A stretch of 64,000 nt of DNA from an uncultured Clostridia bacterium (lineage in GTDB: Bacteria > Bacillota > Clostridia > Christensenellales > CAG-917), in NCBI GenBank assembly GCA_944349635.1, contig CALVNH010000001.1, forward strand, positions 212,385 through 276,384. Reading direction: 5' to 3'. Below, piece after piece: positions 41,638-51,008 of the stretch; the stretch's first letter is position 1; each line of letters opens with the position of its first letter. Under the pieces are notes generated by a model, which was not told the origin of the DNA, ran no database searches, and saw nothing but the letters and a program-made list of their open reading frames with translations. A program made the translations under genes and the position numbers.

Positions 41638-42884
41638 TATCTTATATCGGGTGCCAGTTTCCGTTTGTAGTCAACCTTGCGCGCAACCGCAACGCCGTCA
41701 ATCCGCGTGCAATCCGCGCTCCGTCTTCCGAAACTGTCCAACGCATAAATTCTGACATCGTACACTCCCGCGGCTTTCCCGTATACGGGCAACTCCACAA
41801 TATCCGCCGCGCTGTCGTCGCCGAGGTAGAAATCCGAAAAATACGTCTGCTCCGTTCCGTCGGAAAAAACTACCCTGTAAGAATGCACAAAGTCCGCGTG
41901 TCTGCCGCGGGCAAACGCCAGACGGGTCACGCCGTCGTCGGAAATGCGGAACCCTCCCCGCTCCTCCGTCATGGAAGGCGCGCCGTCTGCATCGGCGGTG
42001 CACGCCGCTCTGTTTTCCGCGTCATCCGCGCACGGCGTCAGCACAATGCGCCTGTCCGCTTTCATTTCCTTCCCGTCGGAAAGACGAAAGCGTGAAACCA
42101 CCGCGCCCGTATCGTCCAAATCCATCACGTAGCCCATGGGTGCGGAGTGCGCCGCAGGCGGCACGCTGCCGTTGGCCTTCCCTCTCTCCATTTCCACGTA
42201 AGATACGGATTGAGTGTTTAATACCGTATATTTGCCACGATAAACGCTTCTTTCGTCCAAAAGAGAATAGTGCGAGTGTCCCGCAAACACCACCGCGCGG
42301 GGATATTTCGACAGCACTTCGTCCAGCGTTTCGTCCCCCCAGTCGTCGCTGCCGTACACCGTGTATTTCGGCGCGTTGTGCGCAAGAACGAACACCGGTC
42401 TGTCGGGGTGCGCCTCGCAGGCGACGCGAAGCTCTGCGTCCAGCCAACGCGCGGTTTTTGCGTAGCCTCTCCGCATACTCGCGCAGTCGGGCGACGCGCC
42501 TATGAAGTGGTAGCCGTTCACGACGTAATGAGTGAACGGACTCTGTCCCGTTTCCCCGCGGAACAGCCTGCGCGCAAACGGACGGAGATAATAATCGTGG
42601 TTGCCCATTATGAGTTGCACGACAGGTTGCTTTTCTCCGTACGCGCTTTCCAGACATCTTGCGAAAGTGCGGTAGGCGTGCGCTCCCGCCGTGTTGCAGA
42701 TGTCGCCCGCAAACAGAATCACGTTGCAGCCGAGATTTGCGAAAACTTCGAATGCCCTGCGGGTGTTTCTCTCGTAAACGCTGTCTTTCCGCCACGGCAA
42801 ACAAGACAGTTGCGAGTCCGACATTATGCCGACCCGCAACCTTCCTTCCGTCGCGAAATTCTTCTTGTCCGTGTGGAATTTCAT
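41634..42884 (-). CDS. Metallophosphoesterase (calcineurin-like) with an extra C-terminal domain of about 150 aa
   Basis: GIMSDSQ, AGDICN, GNHDYY, AHNAP and GHSHY motifs. The start is set at MKFHTDKK (42884) because a TTGCCC-17-TATAAT promoter lies directly upstream. The ORF track's alternative start is 42980. Confidence 0.7.
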   Translation of the reverse strand: MKFHTDKKNFATEGRLRVGIMSDSQLSCLPWRKDSVYERNTRRAFEVFANLGCNVILFAGDICNTAGAHAYRTFARCLESAYGEKQPVVQLIMGNHDYYLRPFARRLFRGETGQSPFTHYVVNGYHFIGASPDCASMRRGYAKTARWLDAELRVACEAHPDRPVFVLAHNAPKYTVYGSDDWGDETLDEVLSKYPRAVVFAGHSHYSLLDERSVYRGKYTVLNTQSVSYVEMERGKANGSVPPAAHSAPMGYVMDLDDTGAVVSRFRLSDGKEMKADRRIVLTPCADDAENRAACTADADGAPSMTEERGGFRISDDGVTRLAFARGRHADFVHSYRVVFSDGTEQTYFSDFYLGDDSAADIVELPVYGKAAGVYDVRIYALDSFGRRSADCTRIDGVAVARKVDYKRKLAPDIRY

Positions 42885-42893
42885 TTCGGTTAA

Positions 42894-42922
42894 ATTATAC
42901 TTTGCTTTTCGCGTGCGGGCAA
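42894..42922 (-). promoter_or_regulatory. Internal SigA-type promoter 9 nt upstream of the phosphoesterase ATG (near-leaderless)
   Basis: Minus strand reads TTGCCC, a 17 nt spacer, TATAAT, 9 nt, then ATG. Confidence 0.5.
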
Positions 42923-42969
42923 GCGCTTTATCCGTACAAACGTGAGCATTCGCCGCACCGTGACGGGCG

Positions 42970-44364
42970 TCAATCTTCATCGGGAACCATGTCGCCCTTC
43001 TCGGCTTTTGCCGCCCTGCGCTCTTCCAGTTCGCGCAGAATATTCTCCTTTTTCTTGCCCGTGTAATCGTAAATCGCCATGGGTATCAGCGAAAGCAGGA
43101 ATCCTGCGGCGGGTATCAGCGTGGCGAGAGCGTACATTCCGTTCACCGTGAACTCCGACTGCGCCTCCACCGCACCGGGCGTCGAAGGTTGCACGAAGTT
43201 GCACACTATGAGTCCCAGCATGACACCGAACGCGCCGACGGCGTTGTTGAACTTCGTGACAAAGGAATTGAGACTGAAACAGATGCCCTCCATTCTCTCG
43301 CCCGTCTTCCATTCCAGATAGTCCAGACTGTCTCCCACCATGGGATAAGGCAGAGTGTTGTATGCGCCGAGTCCCAGCCCGCCTATCGTCATAAAAGGCA
43401 AGGCGGCATAGATGTTGACGAGTCCCACTCCGAAGCCGGCACCCAGAAAAACCGCTCCGATTGCTCCGAACAGCAGCCCCGTCTTTTTGTAGCCGATGCG
43501 TTTGTATGCCACGGGCGTCAGCAGAATGCCCGCGAACATACCCGCGCCTACGACGAGATAAAGCAGCAAAAGCACGGTGCCCGACGTCAGTCCTGGAATG
43601 ACGACGACGTATGTCGCTATGTATATCGCAACACCCATAATCATATATCTGGGTGACGCCAGCATGGACGTCAGAAGCGCAAGCGTCATGGGCTTGTTCT
43701 TCGCCACGACTTTCAGCATGTCTTTGACCTTGATATGCTCCGTTGACGTCGAAAATCTCTCCTTGCTGTGTTTGTAAAGATAGGAATACGCAAAGAAAGT
43801 CACCACGCCCACGATGGCGGAAATCACGAAATACACCCACCTTTCGGGCACGAAAAGCTGCAACACGAAGAGCATTGCCGCAGGCAACAGACCGCCCACT
43901 GAGCCGACCGTGACGTAATACGACAACAACGACGCGCGTTCGTCCTTGTCGGGGGTTGCCACGCTGAGCATACCCATTGCCGGCACGTCCACAAAAGTGT
44001 ATGCCAGTCCGAAGCCTATGTACATCAACGCGCCGAACACGCTTCTCCATTCTATCGACCCGCCGACGGGATAGTACATAAATATAGTCACAAGCCCGAT
44101 AACGAAAGCGCCTATTCTCACATAAGGGCGCATCTTGCCGTGCTTGGTGTTCGTCTTGTCCACGATAACACCCATCACAGGGTCGGTACACATATCGATT
44201 ATTCGTCCCACAATCATCAGCACGAGGATGAACACGGGCGATACAATCAGTATGTTGGTGAGATAATACTGCGAGTATGACGAAACTATGTTCGCAACCA
44301 TATAACTGCCCACGGCGGCGAAACCGTAGGCAAACTTTTCTTTTCCTTTGACTGTCCTTTCCAT
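42970..44364 (-). CDS. MFS transporter, glycoside-pentoside-hexuronide (GPH):cation symporter family
   Basis: FAYGFAAVGSYMV...GRIIDMCTDPVMGVIVDKTNTKHGKMRPY, the typical GPH N-terminal signature (D-x-x-x-G...D...GR-R-P). Confidence 0.8.
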   Translation of the reverse strand: MERTVKGKEKFAYGFAAVGSYMVANIVSSYSQYYLTNILIVSPVFILVLMIVGRIIDMCTDPVMGVIVDKTNTKHGKMRPYVRIGAFVIGLVTIFMYYPVGGSIEWRSVFGALMYIGFGLAYTFVDVPAMGMLSVATPDKDERASLLSYYVTVGSVGGLLPAAMLFVLQLFVPERWVYFVISAIVGVVTFFAYSYLYKHSKERFSTSTEHIKVKDMLKVVAKNKPMTLALLTSMLASPRYMIMGVAIYIATYVVVIPGLTSGTVLLLLYLVVGAGMFAGILLTPVAYKRIGYKKTGLLFGAIGAVFLGAGFGVGLVNIYAALPFMTIGGLGLGAYNTLPYPMVGDSLDYLEWKTGERMEGICFSLNSFVTKFNNAVGAFGVMLGLIVCNFVQPSTPGAVEAQSEFTVNGMYALATLIPAAGFLLSLIPMAIYDYTGKKKENILRELEERRAAKAEKGDMVPDED

Positions 44365-44365
44365 T

Positions 44366-44659
44366 TTACGCCCGAACGTCGGTTCTCCTTTCCGTATCTC
44401 TGCGGGGAATAAGATTGCGGACGACGCCGACGACTCCCGCCGTTATGAGAGCAACGCCTGCGATTACGGCGATGGCAACGGTGACGTTGATGTACCCGAG
44501 GTTTTTCTCCCTGATTGCAAGCAACCAGAACCCGAACGTGACGGACGCCACACCGGCAAGCGAAACGATGAACGCAAACACCGCGTGAGCAATGGCGGAA
44601 ATGTCGTAAACTCTGCCGCAGGAACGGCTCTGTTGCATCGTGATTTTCTGAGTTTTCAT
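44366..44659 (-). CDS. Small two-TM membrane protein, unknown function
   Basis: GGGAGAA RBS upstream of the ATG at 44659. The stop is 1 nt before the GPH start. Two hydrophobic helices. Confidence 0.45.
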   Translation of the reverse strand: MKTQKITMQQSRSCGRVYDISAIAHAVFAFIVSLAGVASVTFGFWLLAIREKNLGYINVTVAIAVIAGVALITAGVVGVVRNLIPRRDTERRTDVRA

Positions 44660-44865
44660 AGCTGTTCTCCCGATGTTTTTCGACAATACGATTAAAGCTC
44701 CGCGTTTTCAAAAACCGTGCGGAATCTTGTAAAGGCGTTGTAAAAAGTTTGCAGAATGCAGGGAATGTCGGGATTGCGAACTACGGCGACCCGAAACGTA
44801 TTGCAAAAGACAAGAGCCCCTTGCTTCGGTCGAAGTGACACGTCGGGGAAATCCGGTCGGACGGA

Positions 44866-44896
44866 GCTTAAAAAACGCACCGTTTTCACGGTGCGT
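44866..44896 (-). terminator. Terminator after mgsA
   Basis: Minus strand has ACGCACCG, a 6 nt loop, CGGTGCGT, then TTTTTAA. Confidence 0.7.
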
Positions 44897-44917
44897 CGTC
44901 GTTCGGGGTACAGGCTC

Positions 44918-45295
44918 TTACTCCCTCATGGCTTTTATGACACAATCGGCAGTGGCTTTGTTCGTGGCAATGGGAATGTCATACACCACGGCGATACGCA
45001 AAAGTGCCTTGACGTCGGGGTCGTGGGGTTGCGCCTGCAACGGGTCCCAGAAAAATATCACGGCGTCGATGACGCGTTCCGCGATTTTCGCTCCAATCTG
45101 CTGGTCGCCGCCGAGAGGCCCCGAAAGATACCTGGTGACGTTCAACCCCGTCGCGTCCGCCACAAGTCCGGCAGTCGTGCCGGTTCCGCACAGGGAAAAC
45201 TTTTCGAGAGCGGACTTGTTCTTCATCGACCAGCTCACCATTTCGGCTTTCTTGTTGTCGTGGGCAATGAGCGCCACGGTTTTGACTTTTTCCAT
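44918..45295 (-). CDS. mgsA: Methylglyoxal synthase
   Basis: VALIAHDNKK...GTGTTAGL...SGPLGGDQQIGA...FFWDPL...PHDPDVKALLR. Confidence 0.9.
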   Translation of the reverse strand: MEKVKTVALIAHDNKKAEMVSWSMKNKSALEKFSLCGTGTTAGLVADATGLNVTRYLSGPLGGDQQIGAKIAERVIDAVIFFWDPLQAQPHDPDVKALLRIAVVYDIPIATNKATADCVIKAMRE

Positions 45296-45497
45296 ACTCT
45301 GCTCCGTTGCAAACCGTTTTCTCAGTCATTATATCATCTTGCCGCGACAATCACAACACATTTTGTCGTCTCCCGCAGGCAAAAGTCAACGGCGGAGTGT
45401 TGCGGTGTGTTCGCACCGCAAATCGGCGCGTCAAACAAAACATAAGCATACATCGAAGAAAAATTGTTGATTTTTGAACCGTTTTTCGTTCAGCTTA

Positions 45498-45526
45498 TTG
45501 AAAACCCCGCGTGCGCATGCTACAAT
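45498..45526 (+). promoter_or_regulatory. SigA-type promoter of the M28 peptidase gene
   Basis: TTGAAA, a 17 nt spacer, then TACAAT. Confidence 0.6.
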
Positions 45527-45561
45527 GTTTTCATTCTGAATAACAATAAAAGGAGATTGTT

Positions 45562-46830
45562 ATGGCTGATTTGAAAAAACTTATCGACAACAAAGCCGAA
45601 AGCGCCCAGTATATGGTTGACGAAATCACCCATATCTGCAAAAACATTCCCAAGCGCGGTCCCGGCGACGAAGGCGAGAAAATCGCCTGCGAGTACATGG
45701 CGGACGTGCTCAAAAAGGATTGCGGTTGCGAACGTGCCGACGTGGAATCCTTCAAGGAAAACCCCCACTCCTTCCTCGGCTGGATTTACTTCACCATAAC
45801 TTTCGCCCTTGCGGGAATGGTGATGTTCTTCTTCCTGCCTGCTCTCGGTGCGGCTCTCATCGCCCTCGGCTTCCTCATCATGTTCGTTCAGTTCGGCATG
45901 TACAAGAAATTCATCGACTTCTTCTTCAAGGAGAAAACCGGACACAACGTCACCGCAATCAAAAAGTGCAAAGGCGAAGTGAAAGCCAGAATCTTCTTCA
46001 ACGGTCACCCCGATGCTGCGTGGAACTGGCCCGTCAACAATAAATTCGGCGGCGCGGTTTACGAAGGTCACATCGTGGTCAGCGTTCTCGGCGCACTCGT
46101 TGCACTCGTGCTCAACATCATAGCGGCGGTAAGACTGGGCGGCTCCTACATGACGGCTTTCGCCGTTGCCGACTACACCGCAATCTACGGCGACGCTCTC
46201 TTCTGGTGCGGAATCGCCGTATTGGTGTTCGCGCCTTTCCTGCTCGGCATGTACTATATGTGGGACCCCAAGACCATCGTCGACGGCGCCAACGACAACC
46301 TCACCGGTTGCTATATGGGCATTGCCATTCTCAAAGCCATGAAAGACGCGGGTATCGAACTCGAACACACCGAAGTCGGCGTCATTCTCTCCGGCTCCGA
46401 AGAAGCGGGTCTGCGCGGCGCAAAAGCGTGGTGTAAACAGCACGCGGGCGAATTCGACGACGTCCCCACCTGGATTTATTCCTACGACACCATTCACGAC
46501 GGCAAGTTCCTCGGCGTCAACTACCGCGACCTCAACGGCACGGTCAAAGCCGACAAGGAAGTCAGCGACTGCTTTATGGAAAGCGCGAAGGAACTGGGCA
46601 TCAAGTGCAACAAGACCTGGGTTCCTCCCTTCGGAGGCGCGACGGACTCCGCCGCATTCGCACAGGCGGGCTACAAAGTCACGGGTATCACGGCACTCAA
46701 CCACGTTCTGGAAGACTACTACCACACCCTCAAAGACTCCTATGACAACCTCAACAAGGACTGCCTCGCGGACTGCTACGCAATCAGCGTGAAGTGCCTG
46801 GAAAAGTTCGACGAACAGTTCGGCAAATAA
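45562..46830 (+). CDS. Membrane-embedded M28-family metallopeptidase
   Basis: GANDNLTG and GSEEAGLRGA zinc-ligand regions, internal TM helices, AAAGGAG RBS. Confidence 0.75.
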   Translation: MADLKKLIDNKAESAQYMVDEITHICKNIPKRGPGDEGEKIACEYMADVLKKDCGCERADVESFKENPHSFLGWIYFTITFALAGMVMFFFLPALGAALIALGFLIMFVQFGMYKKFIDFFFKEKTGHNVTAIKKCKGEVKARIFFNGHPDAAWNWPVNNKFGGAVYEGHIVVSVLGALVALVLNIIAAVRLGGSYMTAFAVADYTAIYGDALFWCGIAVLVFAPFLLGMYYMWDPKTIVDGANDNLTGCYMGIAILKAMKDAGIELEHTEVGVILSGSEEAGLRGAKAWCKQHAGEFDDVPTWIYSYDTIHDGKFLGVNYRDLNGTVKADKEVSDCFMESAKELGIKCNKTWVPPFGGATDSAAFAQAGYKVTGITALNHVLEDYYHTLKDSYDNLNKDCLADCYAISVKCLEKFDEQFGK

Positions 46831-46866
46831 AAACAACGTTTCCGACGCGAAACAAAATCTCAAATC

Positions 46867-46899
46867 AAAAAAGGCTCCGCTTAGCGGTGCCTTTTTTTC
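46867..46899 (+). terminator. Rho-independent terminator after the M28 gene
   Basis: GGCTCCGC-TTA-GCGGTGCC followed by T7. Confidence 0.7.
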
Positions 46900-47034
46900 G
46901 CACCGTCGCGGCCTTGCCTCACCGTCTGCGACATCCTGTCAAAAGCGAACGGCGGACAAAACGTCCGCCTTTCGCTTACCTAGGAAGAGATGAACCGCTT
47001 CATCTTATCCCTGTGCGGGAAGATGAGGAGAAAA

Positions 47035-47346
47035 TTATGCAGCTTGACTGAAATGCTCTTTGTGACGTCTGCGCCGCCGTCGCGCTATCCGCGCGGCACC
47101 CTCACGAACTCCGTTTCGTCGTTCATGGCGGTTGCGGGCGGTCTTATGCCGATTTTCGAAAACAGTTTTCTTGTCGGCTTTTGCAGCAAATCCAGCATGG
47201 GACCGTGAATGAGGAAGGATATCGCCGTGCCCTTTCTGGAGTTTGCCGATATAATCGACCATTTCCTCGAAATACTTCATGCTTTCGGCAACGGTTTCAC
47301 CTTCGGGAGCGATCTGGCAGAAAGCGGGAATTTCGCATTTCAACAA
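47035..47346 (-). pseudogene. HicB-like antitoxin remnant (no proper start, arginine-rich out-of-frame tail)
   Basis: IPAFCQIAPEGETVAESMKYFEEMVDYIGKLQKGHGDILP resembles the HicB core (LPGC..G.T.EEA...EAL.L.L). The frame opens right after a TGA and has no ATG. An ATGATG lies in another frame. The C-terminal half is low-complexity R-rich. Confidence 0.3.
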
Positions 47347-47609
47347 AATTTGAAAACCCGAAACGAGCCGAGGTCGCGCCTGTGCGTGAACATCATATAT
47401 TCAATACAATTAAATATTTGTTTATATAGCAATAAATGAAAATCCATGTGTCGGGGCACGCTCTATAGTTTCCCGAAATCCGTTTGTTGCGTAAAGCAAA
47501 AACCTTCACTCCCGCCCCTATGGAATTTCAGCGTTGTTCTCGGTCTTTCCGATTGTTGAAGCACCTTGCGGAATTATGCGGATTGCGTCAATAATTGTGC
47601 CTGCCGCTC

Positions 47610-47638
47610 TTGTGTCGACGCTTGCCGCGGAGTATAAT
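47610..47638 (+). promoter_or_regulatory. SigA-type promoter, candidate leaderless transcript
   Basis: TTGTGT, a 17 nt spacer, TATAAT, 6 nt, then ATG at 47645. Confidence 0.5.
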
Positions 47639-47644
47639 GACGGT

Positions 47645-48538
47645 ATGAAAAAAAGAACGGTTGTGCTTTTAACGGTTGTTGCTGTTCTCGTTGTCCTGAC
47701 GTCGGGAATCGTTTTCGGAGTGCTGGCAGGTAAAGGCGTGTTCTCGAAGTCCGAACCCGGCGCCTCCGACGGCGGCGGCGACGCTCCTACCCTCTCTTCG
47801 GAAAGACCTTTCGGGGTATGGTGGTGGGATAACCGACTCGACGCAAGTTATCTGAATTTTGCGCTGGAACAGGGAGTGAACGAAATTTACCTTTACGCTT
47901 CCGCCTTTTCAGACAGAACATCCGCTTTTTTGTCCAAGGCCGCCGCACACGACGTCAAGGTTTTTTGGCTTGCGGGCAAATACGAATGGATAGATGACCC
48001 GACCTCCCTCTACGGAAAAATGGCGGAATACCGTGCGTTTCAACAAGCTGCCGAATACAAGTTCGCAGGGGTGCATTTCGACATCGAACCTCATCAACAT
48101 CCCGATTTCGATACTGAGCGCGAACGACTGATTTCCGCGTTCGTTACACTCACGGCAAACCTTCGTCGAGACTTTCCCGAAGAATTCATAGAATATGACA
48201 TTCCGTTCTGGCTGGACGACGAAATCGAAATGAACGGAGAGCGCAAACCCGCCTACGCTTTCGTCATCGACAACGCCTCCCGCGTCACGGTAATGAGCTA
48301 CCGCGACAGCGCGGATAAAATTTACGATTGTGCAAAAGAAGAGGTTTTGTATGCCGAAAGCATAGGTAAAACCCTGAATCTCGGCGTTGAAACGGGAGAA
48401 AACGAAGATATAGTCACCTTCTTCGAAGAGGGCGCGGAATATATGTACGCTCAACTTGACGCCTTGCGACAAATGATTCCGTCCGGATTCGGCACTGTGG
48501 TGCATCACATAAAATCGTGGCGTTCTTTGCGGCCGTGA
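47645..48538 (+). CDS. Hypothetical membrane-anchored protein (N-terminal TM anchor plus a domain of about 250 aa, possibly TIM-barrel-like)
   Basis: MKKRTVVLLTVVAVLVVLTSGIVFGVLAG, then VWWWD, IYLYA, VHFDIEPHQ, VMSYRD beta-strand-like motifs. The track ORF's upstream extension was discarded. Confidence 0.55.
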   Translation: MKKRTVVLLTVVAVLVVLTSGIVFGVLAGKGVFSKSEPGASDGGGDAPTLSSERPFGVWWWDNRLDASYLNFALEQGVNEIYLYASAFSDRTSAFLSKAAAHDVKVFWLAGKYEWIDDPTSLYGKMAEYRAFQQAAEYKFAGVHFDIEPHQHPDFDTERERLISAFVTLTANLRRDFPEEFIEYDIPFWLDDEIEMNGERKPAYAFVIDNASRVTVMSYRDSADKIYDCAKEEVLYAESIGKTLNLGVETGENEDIVTFFEEGAEYMYAQLDALRQMIPSGFGTVVHHIKSWRSLRP

Positions 48539-48877
48539 CTGCGGAGTGCGATTCCTTCCCCAGGGAATTTTGTCTAACACAAACTGCAACGATAATAAAA
48601 ATCAAAGCCCTTTCGAACGAAAATGCATCCGAGAAATATCGGACGCTTGATTGTCCGACAGCAACCGTTGCGATGTTTTGTCAGAGTTTTCCGGTCGGCA
48701 GTAAGACGGAGCAATGCTTCTGTGAGGCAGAATTCACACTACGTCCAAACTTGCCGTTTTCGGGACGCAACTCAGGAAAAAGTGCACTCCTCTTCCGAAA
48801 TCTGCCCGCACCGAAAACGGTTTGCACTAGGGAAACGCGTCCAATTCCACACAAAAATCCGACGGGGAGAAAGCGAC

Positions 48878-48903
48878 AGACAAAACCCGCCTCGGCAGGC
48901 GGG
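48878..48903 (-). terminator. Terminator after the NUDIX gene
   Basis: Minus strand has CCCGCC, a 6 nt loop, GGCGGG, then TTTTGTCTG. Confidence 0.6.
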
Positions 48904-48948
48904 AGTTCTTTGCGTTTCATTGACGTTCCACGCACGTATTTTACACAA

Positions 48949-49506
48949 TCAGGGTGTTTGACCGTAACATTTCAACAACAAAATCACGGTTTTTGCGTCT
49001 TTGATTATTCCGTCGCGCACCATTCCGAGTGCTTCGGCGGGCGTATACCATTCCGTGGAAAGGAACTCGTCCGCGTCGGGATGACGCTCCCCGCGGCGCA
49101 CGCCCTCCGCCCTGAAAAGATACAACCTCTCGTCGGTGTAACCCGGTGTGGGATATATTTCCCCGACGGGAACGAATCTGTCCGCGACAAGCCCGGTCTC
49201 CTCGGAAAGCTCTCTCTCGACGGTGCGGACGGGGGCTTCGCCTTTTTCCAGTTTGCCGGCGGGCAGTTCGAGAATCTCCTCTCCGTACGGGTAACGGAAC
49301 TGTCTTACGAATGCGATTTTGCCGTCGCACTCCGCAAGCACCGCGGCACCGCCCGGGTGTTCCACCATTTCGCGCACACAAGGCTTGCCGTCAGGCAGCC
49401 GTGCGGCGTCGCACCGCACTTTCAGAATTTTGCCCTCGTATACGTATCTTTTTTCAACCGTTGTTTCACTCAACATCATCTCTGCCGCTTCCTCCGCACT
49501 CAACAA
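48949..49506 (-). CDS. NUDIX hydrolase (ADP-ribose pyrophosphatase-like)
   Basis: Nudix box GKLEKGEAPVRTVERELSEETG. The start may be 9-10 codons further in (MMLSETT). Confidence 0.8.
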   Translation of the reverse strand: MLSAEEAAEMMLSETTVEKRYVYEGKILKVRCDAARLPDGKPCVREMVEHPGGAAVLAECDGKIAFVRQFRYPYGEEILELPAGKLEKGEAPVRTVERELSEETGLVADRFVPVGEIYPTPGYTDERLYLFRAEGVRRGERHPDADEFLSTEWYTPAEALGMVRDGIIKDAKTVILLLKCYGQTP

Positions 49507-49780
49507 ATCAACTCCCTTCCGAGCAGATTATCACCGTACCCTGCCGTAGCGCACATTTCCGATTATACTCCGCAGAATGATACTTCCCCTGACATATATG
49601 CTCAAACGTCATCTTCCGTATGTACTGTGACAGGATTGTCTTAATATTAGCACTTTTCGAGTTCGGATGCAAACCTCAATTCCGGGCTGCCATTATACCT
49701 GCATCAGTACTTGCGCTTGCATTATCCATATCTTATAATGTATAATTAATAATAAGCATCACGTCATCCCGGAGATGTAT

Positions 49781-50560
49781 ATGGACGGAATAATAGAAGT
49801 AATCGCGAAAAGAACGTTCGGATTGCCTTACATAATTCTTGACTCGGTTTTCATTGTATTCTTCTGCATTATGCTCTTTGTTACGAAGCGCAGGCAAACG
49901 TTGTTGTTTGCTCTGTTCGGCGGAGTGCTCTATTTCTTGGTGGATTACTGCATGTTCCATCTGTTGACACACTCGCGTCACATTGAAAACGCAAATCTTT
50001 TCTGGGTGCTTCTGTGGATGTCGCTCAGCTACGGAATCACCAATTTTGCATGGATTTGGCTGTGCCTGCGCAAGGACGAGCGGTTGACAGAATGGACCCT
50101 GCTAATCTTCGTATGGTGGTTGGTCTGCCCCATACTCGACGACGCATTCTCGGGAAACGCTCCCCAAATCGTCATCTGGCGCGAAACGGGCGAGTACCAC
50201 TGGTTTATGGCGCTGTTTATGGTCGTCAGTTATATGGCAGTCATCATCTGGAATCTGCTTCGCAAGAATCCCAAGCAACATTTCAGGATTCTGTGGCTGT
50301 TCATCATAGGTGTGGCTGTTCAGTTCGGGTGGGAATTCACTTTGCTCATCGGCGGCATACGCTCCGGAGGAATGAGCGTCGCAGAACAGATAAAGACCCT
50401 CGTCGTGAATTCGCTTATGGAAACTAACCTCGGTATGCCCGCAATTTACTGCATTTATCTATTCTTCACGTCGAAATTCACCGAATCTTGCAAACGACGT
50501 GAAAATCCCACCACCTTCCTCGGCAGACTCGAAGAAAGCAACGACGGCGTCCGTGTGTAA
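49781..50560 (+). CDS. Hypothetical polytopic membrane protein (6-7 TM) in the AT-richer islet
   Basis: GGAG lies 6 nt upstream of the second ATG (49781); the first ATG is at 49775. The sequence is strongly hydrophobic with no recognised motif. Confidence 0.55.
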   Translation: MDGIIEVIAKRTFGLPYIILDSVFIVFFCIMLFVTKRRQTLLFALFGGVLYFLVDYCMFHLLTHSRHIENANLFWVLLWMSLSYGITNFAWIWLCLRKDERLTEWTLLIFVWWLVCPILDDAFSGNAPQIVIWRETGEYHWFMALFMVVSYMAVIIWNLLRKNPKQHFRILWLFIIGVAVQFGWEFTLLIGGIRSGGMSVAEQIKTLVVNSLMETNLGMPAIYCIYLFFTSKFTESCKRRENPTTFLGRLEESNDGVRV

Positions 50561-50580
50561 CGGCAACGCTACGCGCCGCT

Positions 50581-50610
50581 TTCCCGCCCCTTGCGGGAAT
50601 ATGGTTTTGT
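50581..50610 (+). terminator. Terminator after the islet membrane-protein gene
   Basis: TTCCCGC-CCCTT-GCGGGAA followed by TATGGTTTTGT. Confidence 0.5.
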
Positions 50611-50855
50611 CCCGCCGTCATTCGCATACAGCTTGACGCAGACGTTCTTTTTTCCGTCGTCGTTGACTTACTTAATTCTATCCGCAAACCGACTATGGAG
50701 GTTGTGAAGCCCATTCCGCAATAACTACGCACCTGCGTAATGTAATTTCAAGACACATCTCCACCAAAATGAATTCACCTTAGTACGTCAGCGGAAAATT
50801 CATCCCGGGCTGTCGGAATTACGTTTGATTTATTTGATGCTTGCGAGGGTAAGTT

Positions 50856-51008
50856 TCATTTCGATTCCTCCTTGTATTCGGGTTTGTTTTCGCAATCGGT
50901 AATATCGCAGGAGTAACATTTTCCGTCACATCGTTTTGCTCTGTCGCAATAGTCGTAATGTTTACATTGAGAGCAGATAAGCTTGCTGTTCTTTTTGCAG
51001 TTTTCCAT
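50856..51008 (-). CDS. 50 aa cysteine-rich small protein (8 Cys, two CxxC knuckles)
   Basis: Hand translation: MENCKKNSKLICSQCKHYDYCDRAKRCDGKCYSCDITDCENKPEYKEESK. Its ATG overlaps the upstream stop (TAATG). Below the ORF-track cutoff. Confidence 0.4.
   Translation of the reverse strand: MENCKKNSKLICSQCKHYDYCDRAKRCDGKCYSCDITDCENKPEYKEESK

Noticed and set aside
42884-42980. The longer start (42980) for metallophosphoesterase 1, overlapping the GPH gene by 11 nt.
   Set aside because: The extra 32 aa (MKIDARHGAANAHVCTDKALARTRKAKYNLTE) are not MPE-like, and a TTGCCC-17-TATAAT promoter sits within them just upstream of the ATG at 42884. The shorter form is preferred, but the longer one is not excluded.
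50856-51008. The Cys-rich 50 aa peptide as a SCIFF/ranthipeptide-type RiPP precursor.
   Set aside because: There is no radical-SAM maturase, or any enzyme, adjacent to it. The Cys spacing, with two CxxC knuckles, looks more like a zinc-ribbon mini-protein. It is kept only as an unknown small protein.
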